Positions 38,426 to 51,526 of a DNA stretch of 64,000 bases are shown one piece after another; the first letter of the stretch is position 1; every line of letters starts with the position of its first letter. The stretch covers positions 1,913,324 through 1,977,323 of the forward strand of contig OZ316891.1 in NCBI GenBank assembly GCA_973895155.1. Direction: 5' to 3'. Made by a program: the position numbers and the translations under genes. This DNA is from Marsupella aquatica. Lineage: Eukaryota; Plantae; Marchantiophyta. The notes beneath the pieces are model-generated. The model was given only the letters and a program-made list of their open reading frames with translations, had not been told where the DNA came from and did not search any database.

Positions 38426-40477
38426 ATGCCTACCGTGGTGGGAAATTTAGGGTACGTGAAGGTGGTCCCTCCGCCTGATCTGAATAAGAACACGGAGTGG
38501 TTTCTCTACCCGGGTGTCTGGACGAGCTATATTCTCATCATCTTTATCGGCTGGCTCCTCATCCTCTCCGTCTTCAGATGCTCCGCGGGCTCGGCTTGGA
38601 CTGCTGTCAACTTGATTCACTTTGCGGTAACGGCTCTTGCATCCGATCTTTTGATGTGTTATCGTGTTGCCGCAATTGGGATTGACACGTTGCGGACCGC
38701 TAGCCCGATTTGACTTTTAGAGCCATCGCGCGAATTTTGTCTTGAGTGAGTGCCGTTTTCTTGTATGTGTGGGGACTTCGATTTGGAGGGCAATGAATGG
38801 GCGAAGATGTTTTGAGGATTTTCTTCGTCTCTTTTAGGGTTCTTATGAATCCCGTACGTAGTGCAGAACAGAGTACAAGGTGCAGACGTTGATGGTGTAT
38901 TGCTCTTTCCCTTCTCCGCGATTTGATTGTGCAGGTAACATATCGATTTTTCCATTGGAAGAAGGGCTCGCCTTTTGGTGAAGATCAAGGAATGTACAAC
39001 AAATTGACATGGTGGGAACAAGTAGACAATGGACGGCAGCTGACACGCAACCGAAAGTTTCTCACGGTGGTCCCGGTTGTCTTGTGAGTACTACTTATCT
39101 CAAGTTCTTCTGAATTTTTGTATACTGTCACATGGAGGGATTTGGTCTGTTATTTTCTTGTGTTTGAGGTGGGTTTGAGTAGAGTAGCAAGGTGCCGCAG
39201 CTTTTCTTCCAGCAAGATTGTGTCGCTATGGCGTCTTCGTGACTGTCTTTCTCTCTGGATTCCGTGAGAATTACAGCTCTTTCCGTGACAATTTTCTCTC
39301 CAGTTTCGTGTCTTCCGTGCGAGGCTAATGTTTGTCCAATTTTACACCTGCTTGCCTGGAAGCCAATGTTCATCAGGGGACATTCAGCAAGAGTCCCAGA
39401 CACGTTTGAGTTACATTACTGCTTACTCTCGGGCATTTTTTATATGTCCGTTCTAAAAATTGTATCAATTCCTTATCACGGACTATTTCCAAGACAAATT
39501 TACTCAGTCGCAGTTCATATCAACTTTCACTTGGACCCTGTAGAGTTTTGTTGTGAGGAAATTTCAAATATGGATGAGGAATCGTTGTGTAAACGAGGTT
39601 TCCACTCTGTGATCGTAGTCTAGAATACACCTATACAGGAATCATTGACCAGCTCATAATGGTGACCTAGTGACGCAACTGGTTGCGAGGATTGGCTCGC
39701 TGATTCTTGAAGTGCACATGTCCTTCCTTTGATTATACTCTCTCTATTTCCTCACGGCTGGACAAAGTTGAGTCCGTGTTATCCCGTCAATCTTCTTGCC
39801 ATGGACAACTGCTCCAAGTCGGTCATGGCAGCCTAGATATTGTACAACTCCCCGGGAACAAGTCAGTACGTGTAGGTATTTTAGGGTATGTCTCAGTCAC
39901 CAGCACTTTGCCGAGTTCTGCTAGGCAAGATTATGCATGACGGTTCGAAGTAGAGAATGGTTCTCATCCGTTGTTTAAAGTAGAAAGTTAGTACAAGCGC
40001 TGCCTGCGGGATGAGTTGGGTGGAGAGTATGCCTTAGCTTATTGTACCTGTCTTGATGGTCTGTAGAGGCGGTTACAAATCTCTTGAGGTTTGCATACCA
40101 AGGTCAAATGTTAAGCTCCTTGTCAAGGTGAATCTCGCTTGTCTAGTTTTAGACATTTTCTAGGGTTTTTCGCTCAGTCTGTGGATGGTGTCGGGTTCTA
40201 GGTTATCAATTACATTTATTGTGTTTCTAACCTAAGATATTGTTATGTGCTCTAGCTTCTGCGTTACATTCGGTGGGATTTTCTTCTTGCACTTGTAACT
40301 AACGACTTTTTATGTATTGAAATTGGGTGCAGGTATGTGATAGCGTCTCATACAACGGGCTACAGGAGTCTGTTTCTGCTTTTGAACACGATTGCAGTTT
40401 TTGTCCTCTTAATCGCCAAATTTCCGAACATGCATAAGGTTCGAATCTTTGGCATCAATTCAGACTATCCGACATAA
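38426..40477 (+). CDS. ORM: ORM1/ORMDL family serine palmitoyltransferase regulator, 3 exons (38426-38626, 38935-39083, 40333-40477)
   Basis: PPPDLNKNTEWFLYPGVW, FHWKKGSPF, LTWWEQVDNGRQLTRNRKFLTVVPVVL and IAKFPNMHKVRIFGIN. GT-AG junctions are in phase. Confidence 0.95.
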
Positions 40478-41820
40478 AATTGCCTTGACCGCGATGGCAC
40501 TCAGGTGCAACCGTCCGGCTAGGGTACTTTTATCATGGGACTTCTACCTGAGAAGAGTTGTTGCCCTATTACGACAGGGTTGGGGGCAGATGAGTCTGAT
40601 GCCGGATTGCACTTGGTGGACAGTGGAGAAACTGACGAGATTAATCACGGTCTATGTTTAAGCATATACTTGAAGACCAGGAGCTCCCAACTAAATCATG
40701 TTCTATACCTAGTTAAATCCTAGATTTCTCATAATGTCTCCGCTTTTGTAAATTTCCTTAAACTCGTTTCCGAAAATCCCGAGGCACATACGGTACATGA
40801 AGCTGTCTTAACTTTACAAGTATAGCTGACATCCGATGTAGCAATGAGACTGGGTCAAACTAGCATTCACCGCCTGAAGTTCATATATATATTCGGAGCC
40901 GTTTATACTAGTTGATGGACAGTGTTTGTTCTAAGGTGATGCACATCTAGAGCATCGTTCCCATTTGGCTTTTGCAACCTAGTTTTGTGTTTGAGGTTGT
41001 AATAAGTGACGTTGGAGATCTAAGGGTAGCTAGCACAGAAGTTAACTTAGTGCCCCTGCTCAATATAGTTGATTTGAAAATGCAGCCCAAGGAACTTAAT
41101 AAGTTCGGCCTGTGTTTGTAATTTGTACATTTGACTGATTAAAGTGACAATACTCGTGATCTCCATATTGTAAGAAAAGTCTGGTTGATTGTTTGCAAAC
41201 TCATTGTTAGCTTCTAGCTTGAACGGAACTTCTCGTGCTGTTCTTGCAAGGGAAAGTTTCTCAGCAGTCAACCCTATGTTTCTCTTTGGAAGTCCATGAC
41301 TACTCTCCGTAGAAGACTTTTGGCTTGCCATTTGAGGCAGGCTCACCGAATGCCTCGGAGGAAACCATGGAACTTTAGGAGTACTCTGTGCTTGCGATGG
41401 CCAGGTGAAGTAACGTTAACCTTCTAAGGTTGGAGGTCCTTATGCTACACAGGACAACGTGACAGCTCCAGATTAGATAAGTAAGCCTACAGTAATATTG
41501 CAGTATCTCTGTTGTCGAATTCGCTGACATTCTAGGACAAGAAGTTGGTGAACTTTGTTTCTGGCGGTCTTGCTAGTCTGTGTAAAGGTTTCTCACTGGG
41601 TGCACTCTTGATATCTGAGCAATCGTCGTTTCTTTTAGTCTCGCTAACCTGAATCAAGTTGCCTTTTATAGTACCTTTGCTCCATCTAAGATTTAGCACT
41701 GTAACTGTTATTTCTCAGTTCCAAATTCGTTTTTGTCTCGTATGGCTTTGTATCACTAGGTGATGCTTTTGCTCCCATAGGACAAGGACAATGGTCCGAG
41801 CATCAAAACCTACTCAAAAT

Positions 41821-41868
41821 CAACGGAATCAGATAATACATCTCAACATGTATTATCTGATTCCGTTG
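41821..41868. repeat. Perfect 21-bp inverted repeat with a 6-nt loop
   Basis: CAACGGAATCAGATAATACAT-CTCAAC-ATGTATTATCTGATTCCGTTG. Confidence 0.95.
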
Positions 41869-44398
41869 CCATGCCCGAGGAGGTTGGATTCTACTGATGG
41901 ACGGGTCGTTTCACAGATATGGTATTAACTCACGCCTCACATTACTTTATGGCATCGGCAAGAAATGATTGGTTTAAGTTACTGTCAACAGCGGGTTCCA
42001 ATCTTCAGATATTTTTGCCTTGAAAGCCGAAAGGAGACCCGTCAACAGAACGACCTTCTGCTCCGGAGCATGCCATCTTATGTAGGGTGCAATTATCAGA
42101 TATTGAAAGTTTTGCTGCTGCCAATTTTATTAATTCTGCTAGAGTTGTAAGCCAGGATGTCTATGGCCCTGGAACTGCTTTTCCCACTTCAGAGCACTGG
42201 AAAATGTGCTAAGTGTGTTTAGCTCTCTGAATGTGGTTCCCGGGTGGCACTTCGCCGTACGGTGCAATTCATGCTACTGAGTCCTATACTCTCAGTTTCT
42301 TCTAGGATTTCCACACATGAAAGGAACAACTGAGACCCACGTCTAAGGCCACTCCTATATCCTCCAAGTATTCTCAACTTTGAATGAAAGCACTGTTTTA
42401 CTGTAGGCTTTCATTCGAAACTGCTCTCCAGACCTTCACAAGGAAATTTTGTCAAAAGGAACTATGGTTTTCCCCTCTTTGGGCGGGAGAAATGACTTCT
42501 AAAGAATTCTCGATGTACTAAGCACCTTGGATTGAAGGCTTCACCTTTCAAGATGAGCACTCTGTATTTTGTTTGAGAGACTGCAGCTTGGGTTGAAGAT
42601 TGTACTAGAATGTGACCGGCAAGGTAGTGTTGTTACACGTTTCACCTACCTAAAATCTACATTGTGGAATCACTGTTCCAAAATATGTTTTTCTACATTA
42701 TCCACTCAACGATGAAAATTTTACGGATTGTTAAGATCAATCATCAACTTGATATTGATTGTCCATCAACTATCTGTCTCATCAAAACAATACATTGATC
42801 CTTCGTATTGGCCACAACGTACAGGCAGCAGACTGCCAGTTTTGATCCTTTTCAATGATAAGAAAGCATGTCTGAACCAGGATCGCGAGTTATCGATTTG
42901 TGGAATCCAGTTATTGTTTGGACCGATCCAGTTCTTGGGTTCCTCCGTCAGGTTAGCACACCCTTTCTGGTGATAATCATGGACTCAAAAAGAATCAATG
43001 ATGACCCAGAGTGGATGGTACGCTGCCTTTTAGCATGGTCTCCATATTCGTTCCCAACTCCATCCTTCGAACGTATTTTCTAGACTACAGTAAACTGTTT
43101 TCTTCTATGGGACGAGAACCACTGCAGAATAATACTTAACTACTTTTTCCTCAGCTAATCAATAATAGTCCTAACTGGAAAGTATCAATCTTGGATTCGG
43201 TGCAGATTTTTGAAAGGTCAGAATTTGAGTTTGATTTCATAAAATATTAGCCCAATGTACATGGGTTGCAGTGTCATGCTAATGAGGGTCATAACATGAG
43301 AAACTTATTTCTGGTGTACATATTTGGCTTTAGTGCTATTTTGTTATTGACTGAACAAGGTCAAGTAGTTCTGTTGGGACTTGCAAATCTCTAACCTTGA
43401 GGGTAGGATAGTGATACGAGTGTAATACCCAAATCTACAGGACAGGGTGTAGCCGGTAATGGAAAGTACAGAGATGGAGAAGTTCATTCATTCTTTGTGT
43501 GAGCTCTCCGGTCATGGATCTGATGTTCATTCAGTCTTCATGTGAGCTCTTTGATCATGGACCTAGTTTATCATCCCTTCTAGGCCTCTTACTGGAGTTG
43601 GTTCTCAACCTCCGGTCAGCCACGCCTGATTGTGGTTACATCTCCTCTCGTCCTCTTGTTGAGCTCTTATTTGCCCTTCAGAGTTGGAATAAAGTTGCTA
43701 GGCCCTACCCTCCTTATAAAAACCCAGAGTGTTAGCTGGTTGATGACAAACAGGACAACCTTGCTTTTTGGAGTGAGAGAAACAAAAAAAATGTGTTGGA
43801 TGTGGCTCCAGGAGAAATTAGTGAATTTTTCGTTTAGTAACATCCTCATGGAACTAAAAATGTCCCCTTATGTGTCCCCTTATGTGTCTTGTGAGTACCA
43901 CAAGGAGGGTGCCATATGGATTATCGCTGGACGTCTTTTACATAACGAGTGGGGTAAGAGTTTGGTTGTGCCTTGGTGATCCAGACAATTTAAACCCTTG
44001 ATTAGAGAGGGTAGGCTACACTTCACTTTAAATAAAGAGCTGGGATGGTATTAATAGGCTTTGGTCAAAACTTTACTCCACATATCAGCATTTTTGGGGA
44101 CCCGTTGTTGTCTATAGGATTGGGGTAAGTCCAGTATAAGCCAACTGTCAAGTCAATGTAAAGCTAAAGTGGACCTGTCACTTGATATGGACCATTGTGA
44201 TGACATCTTGGGGGGACCCATTCATTGTAGTCCACGTAGGGTTGGGAGAAGTCCAGTGCAAGTGAAGTGAGTCTCAGTTTCATGTAAAGTCAAAGTGGAC
44301 TGGTCACTTGATATGGACCATCTTGATGGCATCTGAAAGCAAAATCTTGAAAGTGACTGCTAAATTGTTGTCATTGCTTTCTTTGTAAAGCCTCCTCT

Positions 44399-44420
44399 CC
44401 CCCCCCCCCCCCCCCCCCCC
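44399..44420. repeat. Poly-C tract (22 nt)
   Basis: Homopolymer run seen directly. Confidence 0.9.
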
Positions 44421-44689
44421 ACAGGTGATCCAAACATTCCCAAACAAGTTCATTTCAAGACATATTTGGTATTGAGTCTATTTTAGAACATGAAGTAAGT
44501 GGGCGTTTGTTGGAAAAAGAGTTCACAAGCGCCCATGTCCACCCTTGGTTACAGAAAAGCAAATGGACCTGTTTAGAACAAGAATGGGGCCTTTGGTGGA
44601 AAAAAATCACAAGCCCCCTCTCCCCCCCCCCTAACCTTGGTTGTAAGGATGCAAATTGGCCAATTCAACAAGCTAGGAGTTTCAAAGTT

Positions 44690-45340
44690 CAGAATTTGGT
44701 GGACCTTAACTCAGTAGCTATAGTTACTAACACAAAAGGTTCCACATTACAGAATAATTAGTAGTACATAACTTTTCACCACATGCCATTGGCTAAAAAA
44801 TTGATGGGCCTTAACTCAGTGGTTAAAGTTACAGACACACCAAAAGTTAATGACTACAAAATTCATAGTCCATAATTTTTTGCCACATGCCATTGTCTTA
44901 GAATTTGATGGACCTTAACTTAGTAGTTATGGTTACGGATGTTGAGCATAGACGACATTCACAACGGTAAGCCCATATTCATTCAATGCATAAGTAATTA
45001 ACTCAGAAACCGAGATATGTGGTTCACCTCAACGTTCATAGGAACATACGAGAGGTTTATTGTACTCTAGGCCTTTCGGTTCTATCAAGTCTCTACAATA
45101 TAAGATCTTTTTATTTCCTCAAATGGTTCCATAACAATGAATTTGAATTACTATTATCCAAACAAATATCATTTGAGATATAGTGTATAACCTAATTAAC
45201 TTAACCTAGTTCACAACTATAATTAACCCTAAATAACTATGGTTAAAGTCATAAACTTAGACCCAAGGGTAAAAATACCTAACAAGTGACACAAAAGTTA
45301 TGGAGCCATTCTATAATTTTTTGCCATATGCCGTTGGTCA
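44690..45340. repeat. Degenerate tandem repeat (about 105-110 bp, 3 copies); the third copy is interrupted by a solo-LTR-like insert at 44940-45284
   Basis: Recurring TTGRTGGRCCTTAACTYAGTRG...CACATGCCATTG. The insert has TGTT...AACA ends and a GTGGTTCACC motif, and the repeat unit resumes after it. Confidence 0.55.
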
Positions 45341-47705
45341 CCATAGAGGCCATCCAACAAAAATAAGGAAAAAATTTAATTTACTAAACCTTATGAAAAA
45401 AGTTATGAACATTTGTTTATGGACAAAAGACATTTTGAAGCTTTGAGTGCATAGGAGCCGTCGTCCCTACAAGGACTCTCTTCGCCGGACCGCCTCCAAT
45501 GTGCCAAATTCGGCGTACTGACCGAGCTGCTGATGGAGAGATTCACTCCGTTGCCCTGATCGAAGACCTCTCTGCCTTTGTCCGCTTGCCGTAGTTGCTA
45601 TTCAATTCGATTTCGAGAGTGGATTGCAGTTTACCGCTCTCAGGATATTTGTCACCATATCTGATCGGACGGCAAGCCCGTCGCACATGCAAGTATGCAC
45701 TAAAAGCAACGACAGCAACGACAATCATGAACACATGAAATCAAATTTAGACCGTTGCCGTTTGTCCCGTTTTTTGGCTCCCCGAGGATCGAGAGCGAGC
45801 ATGCTGAGAGGCGGACTCGATCACAAACTGGTTAACCGGCATATATATGGGGCATGGTCGAGATTCAATCGAATCAGTCGAGCGTCCCTGCTTCCCGATT
45901 CCGATTAGAGTGGCGGAGGTCCATTCGAGTGGTCACTGTGTCGGATTCTCACGTGAATTGATCTACCGCCCTCAATCCTCTACTCCTGTAATCGTCCCAG
46001 AAGCGAAGTATAATAATTGCCGGCGGTTGGGTCGAGGCGTTAGAATCAACCGCAGGCATTGATGTCGATTGATAATCTGCTAGGAGTGGTATTGGAAATG
46101 TGCTGCAGCGCGGTTGAGGATTTGTCATTTCACTTGGCTGAGCTCTGATATCAGTAAATAATGGTGTTGCGGTAGTCTTCGTACATTCCAGGTACAGACT
46201 GGACACTGACGTACTGGATGGAAATTCTTTCTTGCCTAATTTCAAAAGTGTCTTGTGGATACTCTTCTCATGTGGCTCGATGCGAAAAATCAGTGAAGTT
46301 GGCCATGATCGGAATTGTAACAATTTTTGGTAATTGATGAGGTCGGACATAATCGATCGTTGTCACTCGCCTTATTTTGGGCCAAAGTATCAGAAATCTG
46401 ACAGGTACATGACATCCGTGATCAATTGCTTCATTAATGCATTTGGTGACCCAAGGAAATTTCAAATACTGACTTGACCATCGCTCTGTCTAGTCTAGCC
46501 AAGAGATGGGGAATGAACCTTAGTGCTGCTAAGCTTCCAGCTAGGACTTTCCAGGGATTTCGGTCCACTTCTTCAGTACAGTCATTCTCACAGCATTCAT
46601 TGCAAGCAACTCAGCAAACCTGCTCGTAGATCAGCATTCGTGATGTATATCGTTGGGAACACTGTCTATCTTCGTTAGGATCGCCAGAACTTGACTGCCA
46701 TTGTTGTTGGCCATGGTACATGTTTACTTCTTTGCGTGATGTCGTATACCGTGTGTCGATCTGAAACCGAATCAAATGGAAAAATGGTAAAATCAGGATG
46801 CGGTGACCTGTAGAGAATGGACAGAATGATGACGAATATAGTAAAATATACTTCACCCGCAACCAGACCTCGCGCGTGCATGTCGAAGACGAGGAACTCA
46901 GAATTCCAGATCGACGCACTCCGACCAATAGTTGTGAGACCTTCATGAATGCAGTTGTCAGCCTTGCAAGTAGCGTATTTCGTTTCATAATAGGTCGGAC
47001 TCACAACGTCTGGTGGGTCTGTGTCTGGAAGTTTGTTGTGAGATCTTGAGTTCCATTAAAAATGTTATAGTTACCAACTCCGGCACGCCTTGAACCTGTT
47101 CGTGTTGAAATCGAGCCGAATCTGTCTCCGAAAATTTTCTCGACACCGCAAGGGTTGAGATTACAGAGCAGATTGGGACCTTTCAATTCCATTGCGCGTC
47201 CCTCTGTCGCACAGGAAAGCAGAGGTTAGCTTAATCTAATTATACGCAAACTTGCCGCAGTATGACGGTGTATAAACTTTTGGCTATTCGTTAAATACCT
47301 GATAAAACATACAAGAATGATCTTAGTATGTCAAATTCTAAGCTCGCAGTCTTGAAATCCTCGATATTTCGATTGGCTTTATGTTGCACCTGCGAAACAG
47401 GCTGGAAAAATTATGTCTAGTCCTATGCCTCCACTGACTGAGCTTCGAGTACGTAGGTCTTTCCTTGTTAGTAGAACGGAAACTTGCTAGAAGCCTATAT
47501 TGACCGTGGAAGATTGACCCTCAATCTACGATATGGCCGTCCTGGCCGTTATTGTTGCCGATGCTTGTTCATGTCGTTTGAGTATTTCACGGATATTTTC
47601 CCATGTGTACGAATCGATGAAAAAGAAACTCTACGTTGGCTGACAGGTAATGGAACAGCTGTGGCACAAATGAGGATAATAGGTACCTGAACAGCTGTGG
47701 CACAA

Positions 47706-50700
47706 ATGAAGATGATTCTCTTGCTAGTAGCATTTCTGGTCGGAATCCTCACTTCCTTGCAGTCTACTGCTCAAGGAGCCTGTAAGTTTCTTCTCCTTTT
47801 GTTGATTCAAGGGCAAGAATTTTGATTTCGATTGTAAAATTGAGTCAGGAATATCTCTACTTTCTCGTAAATTCATTCTACGTACGAGCTTGCAAAATGC
47901 TGAGGTTAGATATTTGACCTGAGAAGTCTTAGATAGATAGTATGACAAAGATGAGATTAAGTAGTGTTGATTACAATTCAACAGACCTCATTCAGATTAT
48001 TGTTGCAGAGCTAGCGGACGACAATTCCGTTCTCAAGTGAAAGCGAATCGACGAATGAAGTACAAACAACTAACTTGAGTTTCTGGTGGTTCCGACCTGC
48101 AGCATGCCCGCTTAATTTTGCCGACATTCCGCAACCATCTCCGTATTGTTTCAGCTCCAATTCGTTTGATTCGCAATGTTGTTACGAATCGTATTCCCAT
48201 TTTGCGGTTGCCCTGGCAAGAAACACCAACTCATCGGCTGATAGACGGCTATTTTTGGATGCTCCAGAGCAGAATGCTTGTGCTATGGATGCCCAAACGA
48301 AAAATCTTATCCTTGATAACTGTGGCATAGCACCACCACTCTTCACAGCCAATAACGGCCCTTGTCTGTTTGCCAAAGAGAGTGAAGTGGAGGCCAACCT
48401 AGTTAACACTCATGTTACGTTTGCTTCTGTATCAGCCACTTGTGCAAACGTTCAACAAGGAAATGGATGCCCACCATGTAGCCAAGTTTACTTTGCTGCC
48501 ATAGAGGTATTGGTGAACCAGACAGGGAATGACTCTTCCGGGGCATCTGCTAAAACAAACTGCGGGACAGCTCTTCTGGTATCTTTGGCAAGTCGCAGTT
48601 TCGATCAATTAGTCTGGCGAGATTCTCTTTACTCATGCCTTCAGATACCCTTGACGTCAGTACCAGGTACATATATGATGCTAGCATGAAAATACTGACA
48701 CCGTTATATATTCCATTAGATGCCAGTCAGTGTATTCTTTGAATTGATAACGAGGGACCATGAGTACTTTCAAGCCACGTTTAAAACGCATGAAACCTGT
48801 CTTTTACGTGTCAGCATAACCGAGAATATAACCCACTGTCAGATGGCATAAAACTGATTGTTGGGACCATGTAACTATTATTGACCTCGCACTGTTTAGC
48901 TTAAAGATTCCAACACTGAGGAAGCTTGTTCGTTAATGAGGAAGTTTCTAACAAGTGGGTTTCACGTAATGGGCGGTCATTGACATTTGGTGGACTGGCA
49001 GCTTCAAGCTCTAAAGGTACTTCCTTCCCTTCAAGAGTTTATAATTACGGCAGGGTTGGAATCAAAGTGTTTCTTTCAATGAAGGTTGGATTTGCTTGCA
49101 CCCAACATTTGTAGTCTCTGGTATATTAAACTGCATTTTTCTTTAGTTGGTAAACCTGACGAGTAGGCAATTCGCTGGAAACTGATAACAATAATTGTGA
49201 TCTCCAGACTAACTCGTTCTTTTGTGTCTTCCCCTCGACACAGGAAAGGTGACATCTAAATTGGGTCTGACTACTGTGCTTGAAATACTCTTGGGTGTTT
49301 CTGTCGCGTTGATATTCCTTGGAGCCATCTTCTATTTTAGGAAAAGACATGGGTTTGAAAACCGCTCTGCTGCTGGTGGTGGTGACAAGGATGGTAGTTC
49401 TGTAGGTACTGCCTGCACTTAACATGCTCCAAATTCAGCCTCTGAAATCTGAAACGAACTTGTTAATTCAGTCGCTAGATCAAATTAATGCAGGTCATAA
49501 ACAAAAATGACGGTGGGAAGTGATGGATCATGGTGGCAGTCAAGCATGGCGTTCAAATTAGAGCTCATTTATTTTTCTGGGAACGATAATTGCACACTAA
49601 GCAGTCCAGAGTGCATGTCATTATCTGATTGAGCATGAAAACCTATGGGTTTGCAGATAGTGATCCGATCAAACCAGGTGAAGGGCCTGCTAATGAAGGG
49701 ACTTTGTATGAGTTCTCTGCGAAAGAACTCAGTAGAGCAACAGATGGCTACAGTGAGACGAACATCATCGGAGAGGGAAATTATGGCAAAGTTTATAGAG
49801 GTACCCTTCCAAGTGGGCAACTGGTGGCCATCAAGCTCATCATGAAAGATGAGAAGTCGGAGTCCTCCTTTTACAAGGAAATTGAGAACCTCTCCCGAGT
49901 TCGCCATCCAAATTTGGTGACTTTGCTTGGCTACTGCCAAACGGCCGACAAAAGCTTGCTTGTGTATGAGTACTGCCCGAAAGGAAGCCTCTGGTACTAC
50001 CTATTTGGTAAGCTTGAGATCCAGGAGGTTTCCTGGATTGTTCTTGCCCTGTTGTTTATTATCCTGACAAGAACAATTTTGAGGTAGTTTCAAGGAAAGT
50101 TCAATTTTAGTCACGGGAACTTGTGTGCTTGAACCTAGGTGGTGGCCCAAAGCTCACCTGGGGTCAACGCCTCAATATTGCTTTGGGGAGTGCACGTGGA
50201 ATAATGTATCTGCACATGAACCCTGGTGGATATATTGTTCATCGAGATATAAAGGTAATTTATTATTCAGACTTCTGTGAAATACATGACCCAGTTACTT
50301 CAATCCTCTTCATATATGCTCTAAAAAGTTCTCCTACGTCTTCAAGTGCTAGAAGCCAACTTTGTCTTGTAACTAGGTTCGTTTTGAAGGAATTGATTCT
50401 TGTTGATCTCCTTTCTCTTGATATCTTACCTTTCAGCCGACAAATATACTTATGACAGACAGTTATGAGGCCAAAGTTTCGGACTTTGGGTTGTCAAGGT
50501 TCATACCAGTTGAGGAAACTCGTGTTTTCACTGCGGTGAAGGGAACTGCTGGGTACTTGGATCCTGAGTACGTGAATCAGGGAACTTTGACATTTTCCAG
50601 TGACGTATACAGCTTTGGAGTTGTGCTCCTGCAACTCATATCTGGCAGACGGCCAATCGATTTAGATCCTTTGACAAGTCGGGTGTCACTGGTCAGAATG

Positions 50701-51526
50701 GTAATCTTTTGCTGATTCTCTAACCTGTTGGTTTCGTTGATAGACGTACTATGGTGACCCTTCGTCATAATAATTGGAATTTTATGACAAAATCTCATCC
50801 AATCAACTGTCAATATGATGACAGCGTTGCTAAATCTGGCAGGTTCAGTTTCAATTATTTTCTTTTCTGTAATTCAATTTCTACGTTGATAACAATGTTT
50901 TGTATGAAACAATTTGCTTTTCAGGCAAATCTTGTCATGAAAGGGGAGGCAAAGATCTCAGACCTGGTGGATCCAAGCCTAGAGAATGTCTATTCAGAAT
51001 TAGCTTGTCGAAGAGTGCTTGAGATTGCTGTCAAGTGTACAGCGGACTATAGAGTTTACAGACCAAGTATGATAGAAGTACAGCAATATCTCGAAGAAGC
51101 TTGGGTTCTCGGTGGCTCTCCAATGTCTTACGAGACGACCCCGCCGAAGAAGAAACCGGAGATAGGAGGAAACTATTCTCCCCATTCAGCACGGGTGAGA
51201 TTCCAACTCTGATTTAATTCAGGCTTTATCTTGTATCTTGTATCTGGCAGGCTCTGACTGTAAGTTAGCTCTCAATGCGTTTTCAAAACTTAAAAGGAAA
51301 GTAGTACAAATTGGAAGTTAAACGGAAAAGCAGATTGTGGAAATGGTATTCTATACAGAGCACCCCTGAACGATAGAATGGAAGAATTCATTGCCTTCCA
51401 GTTTTGGTTGATTTCACATGTGTGGGTGTTGTTGCATTCACCTAGGGCGAGGAGAGGCCAGTTCATCCTTCGCTACAGTCTTGGCAGGGAGCCTTTGGAG
51501 TAACAGGGGATGACCTCGACAGGTGA
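47706..51526 (+). CDS. Receptor-like kinase with a Cys-rich SPARK-like ectodomain
   Basis: Signal peptide MKMILLLVAFLVGIL (exon 47706-47781); ectodomain CPLNF..C..CC (48103-48666); TM exon at about 49244-49405; kinase motifs IGEGNYGKVY, VAIK, HRDIK, VSDFGL, GTAGYLDPEY and SDVYSFGV. The last exon (about 51446-51526) is tentative. Confidence 0.88.

Noticed and set aside
45543-45734. Small ORF with a hydrophobic N-terminus and an upstream TATATA (possible secreted peptide)
   Set aside because: Short, weak signal peptide and no recognisable peptide-hormone motif; needs expression data
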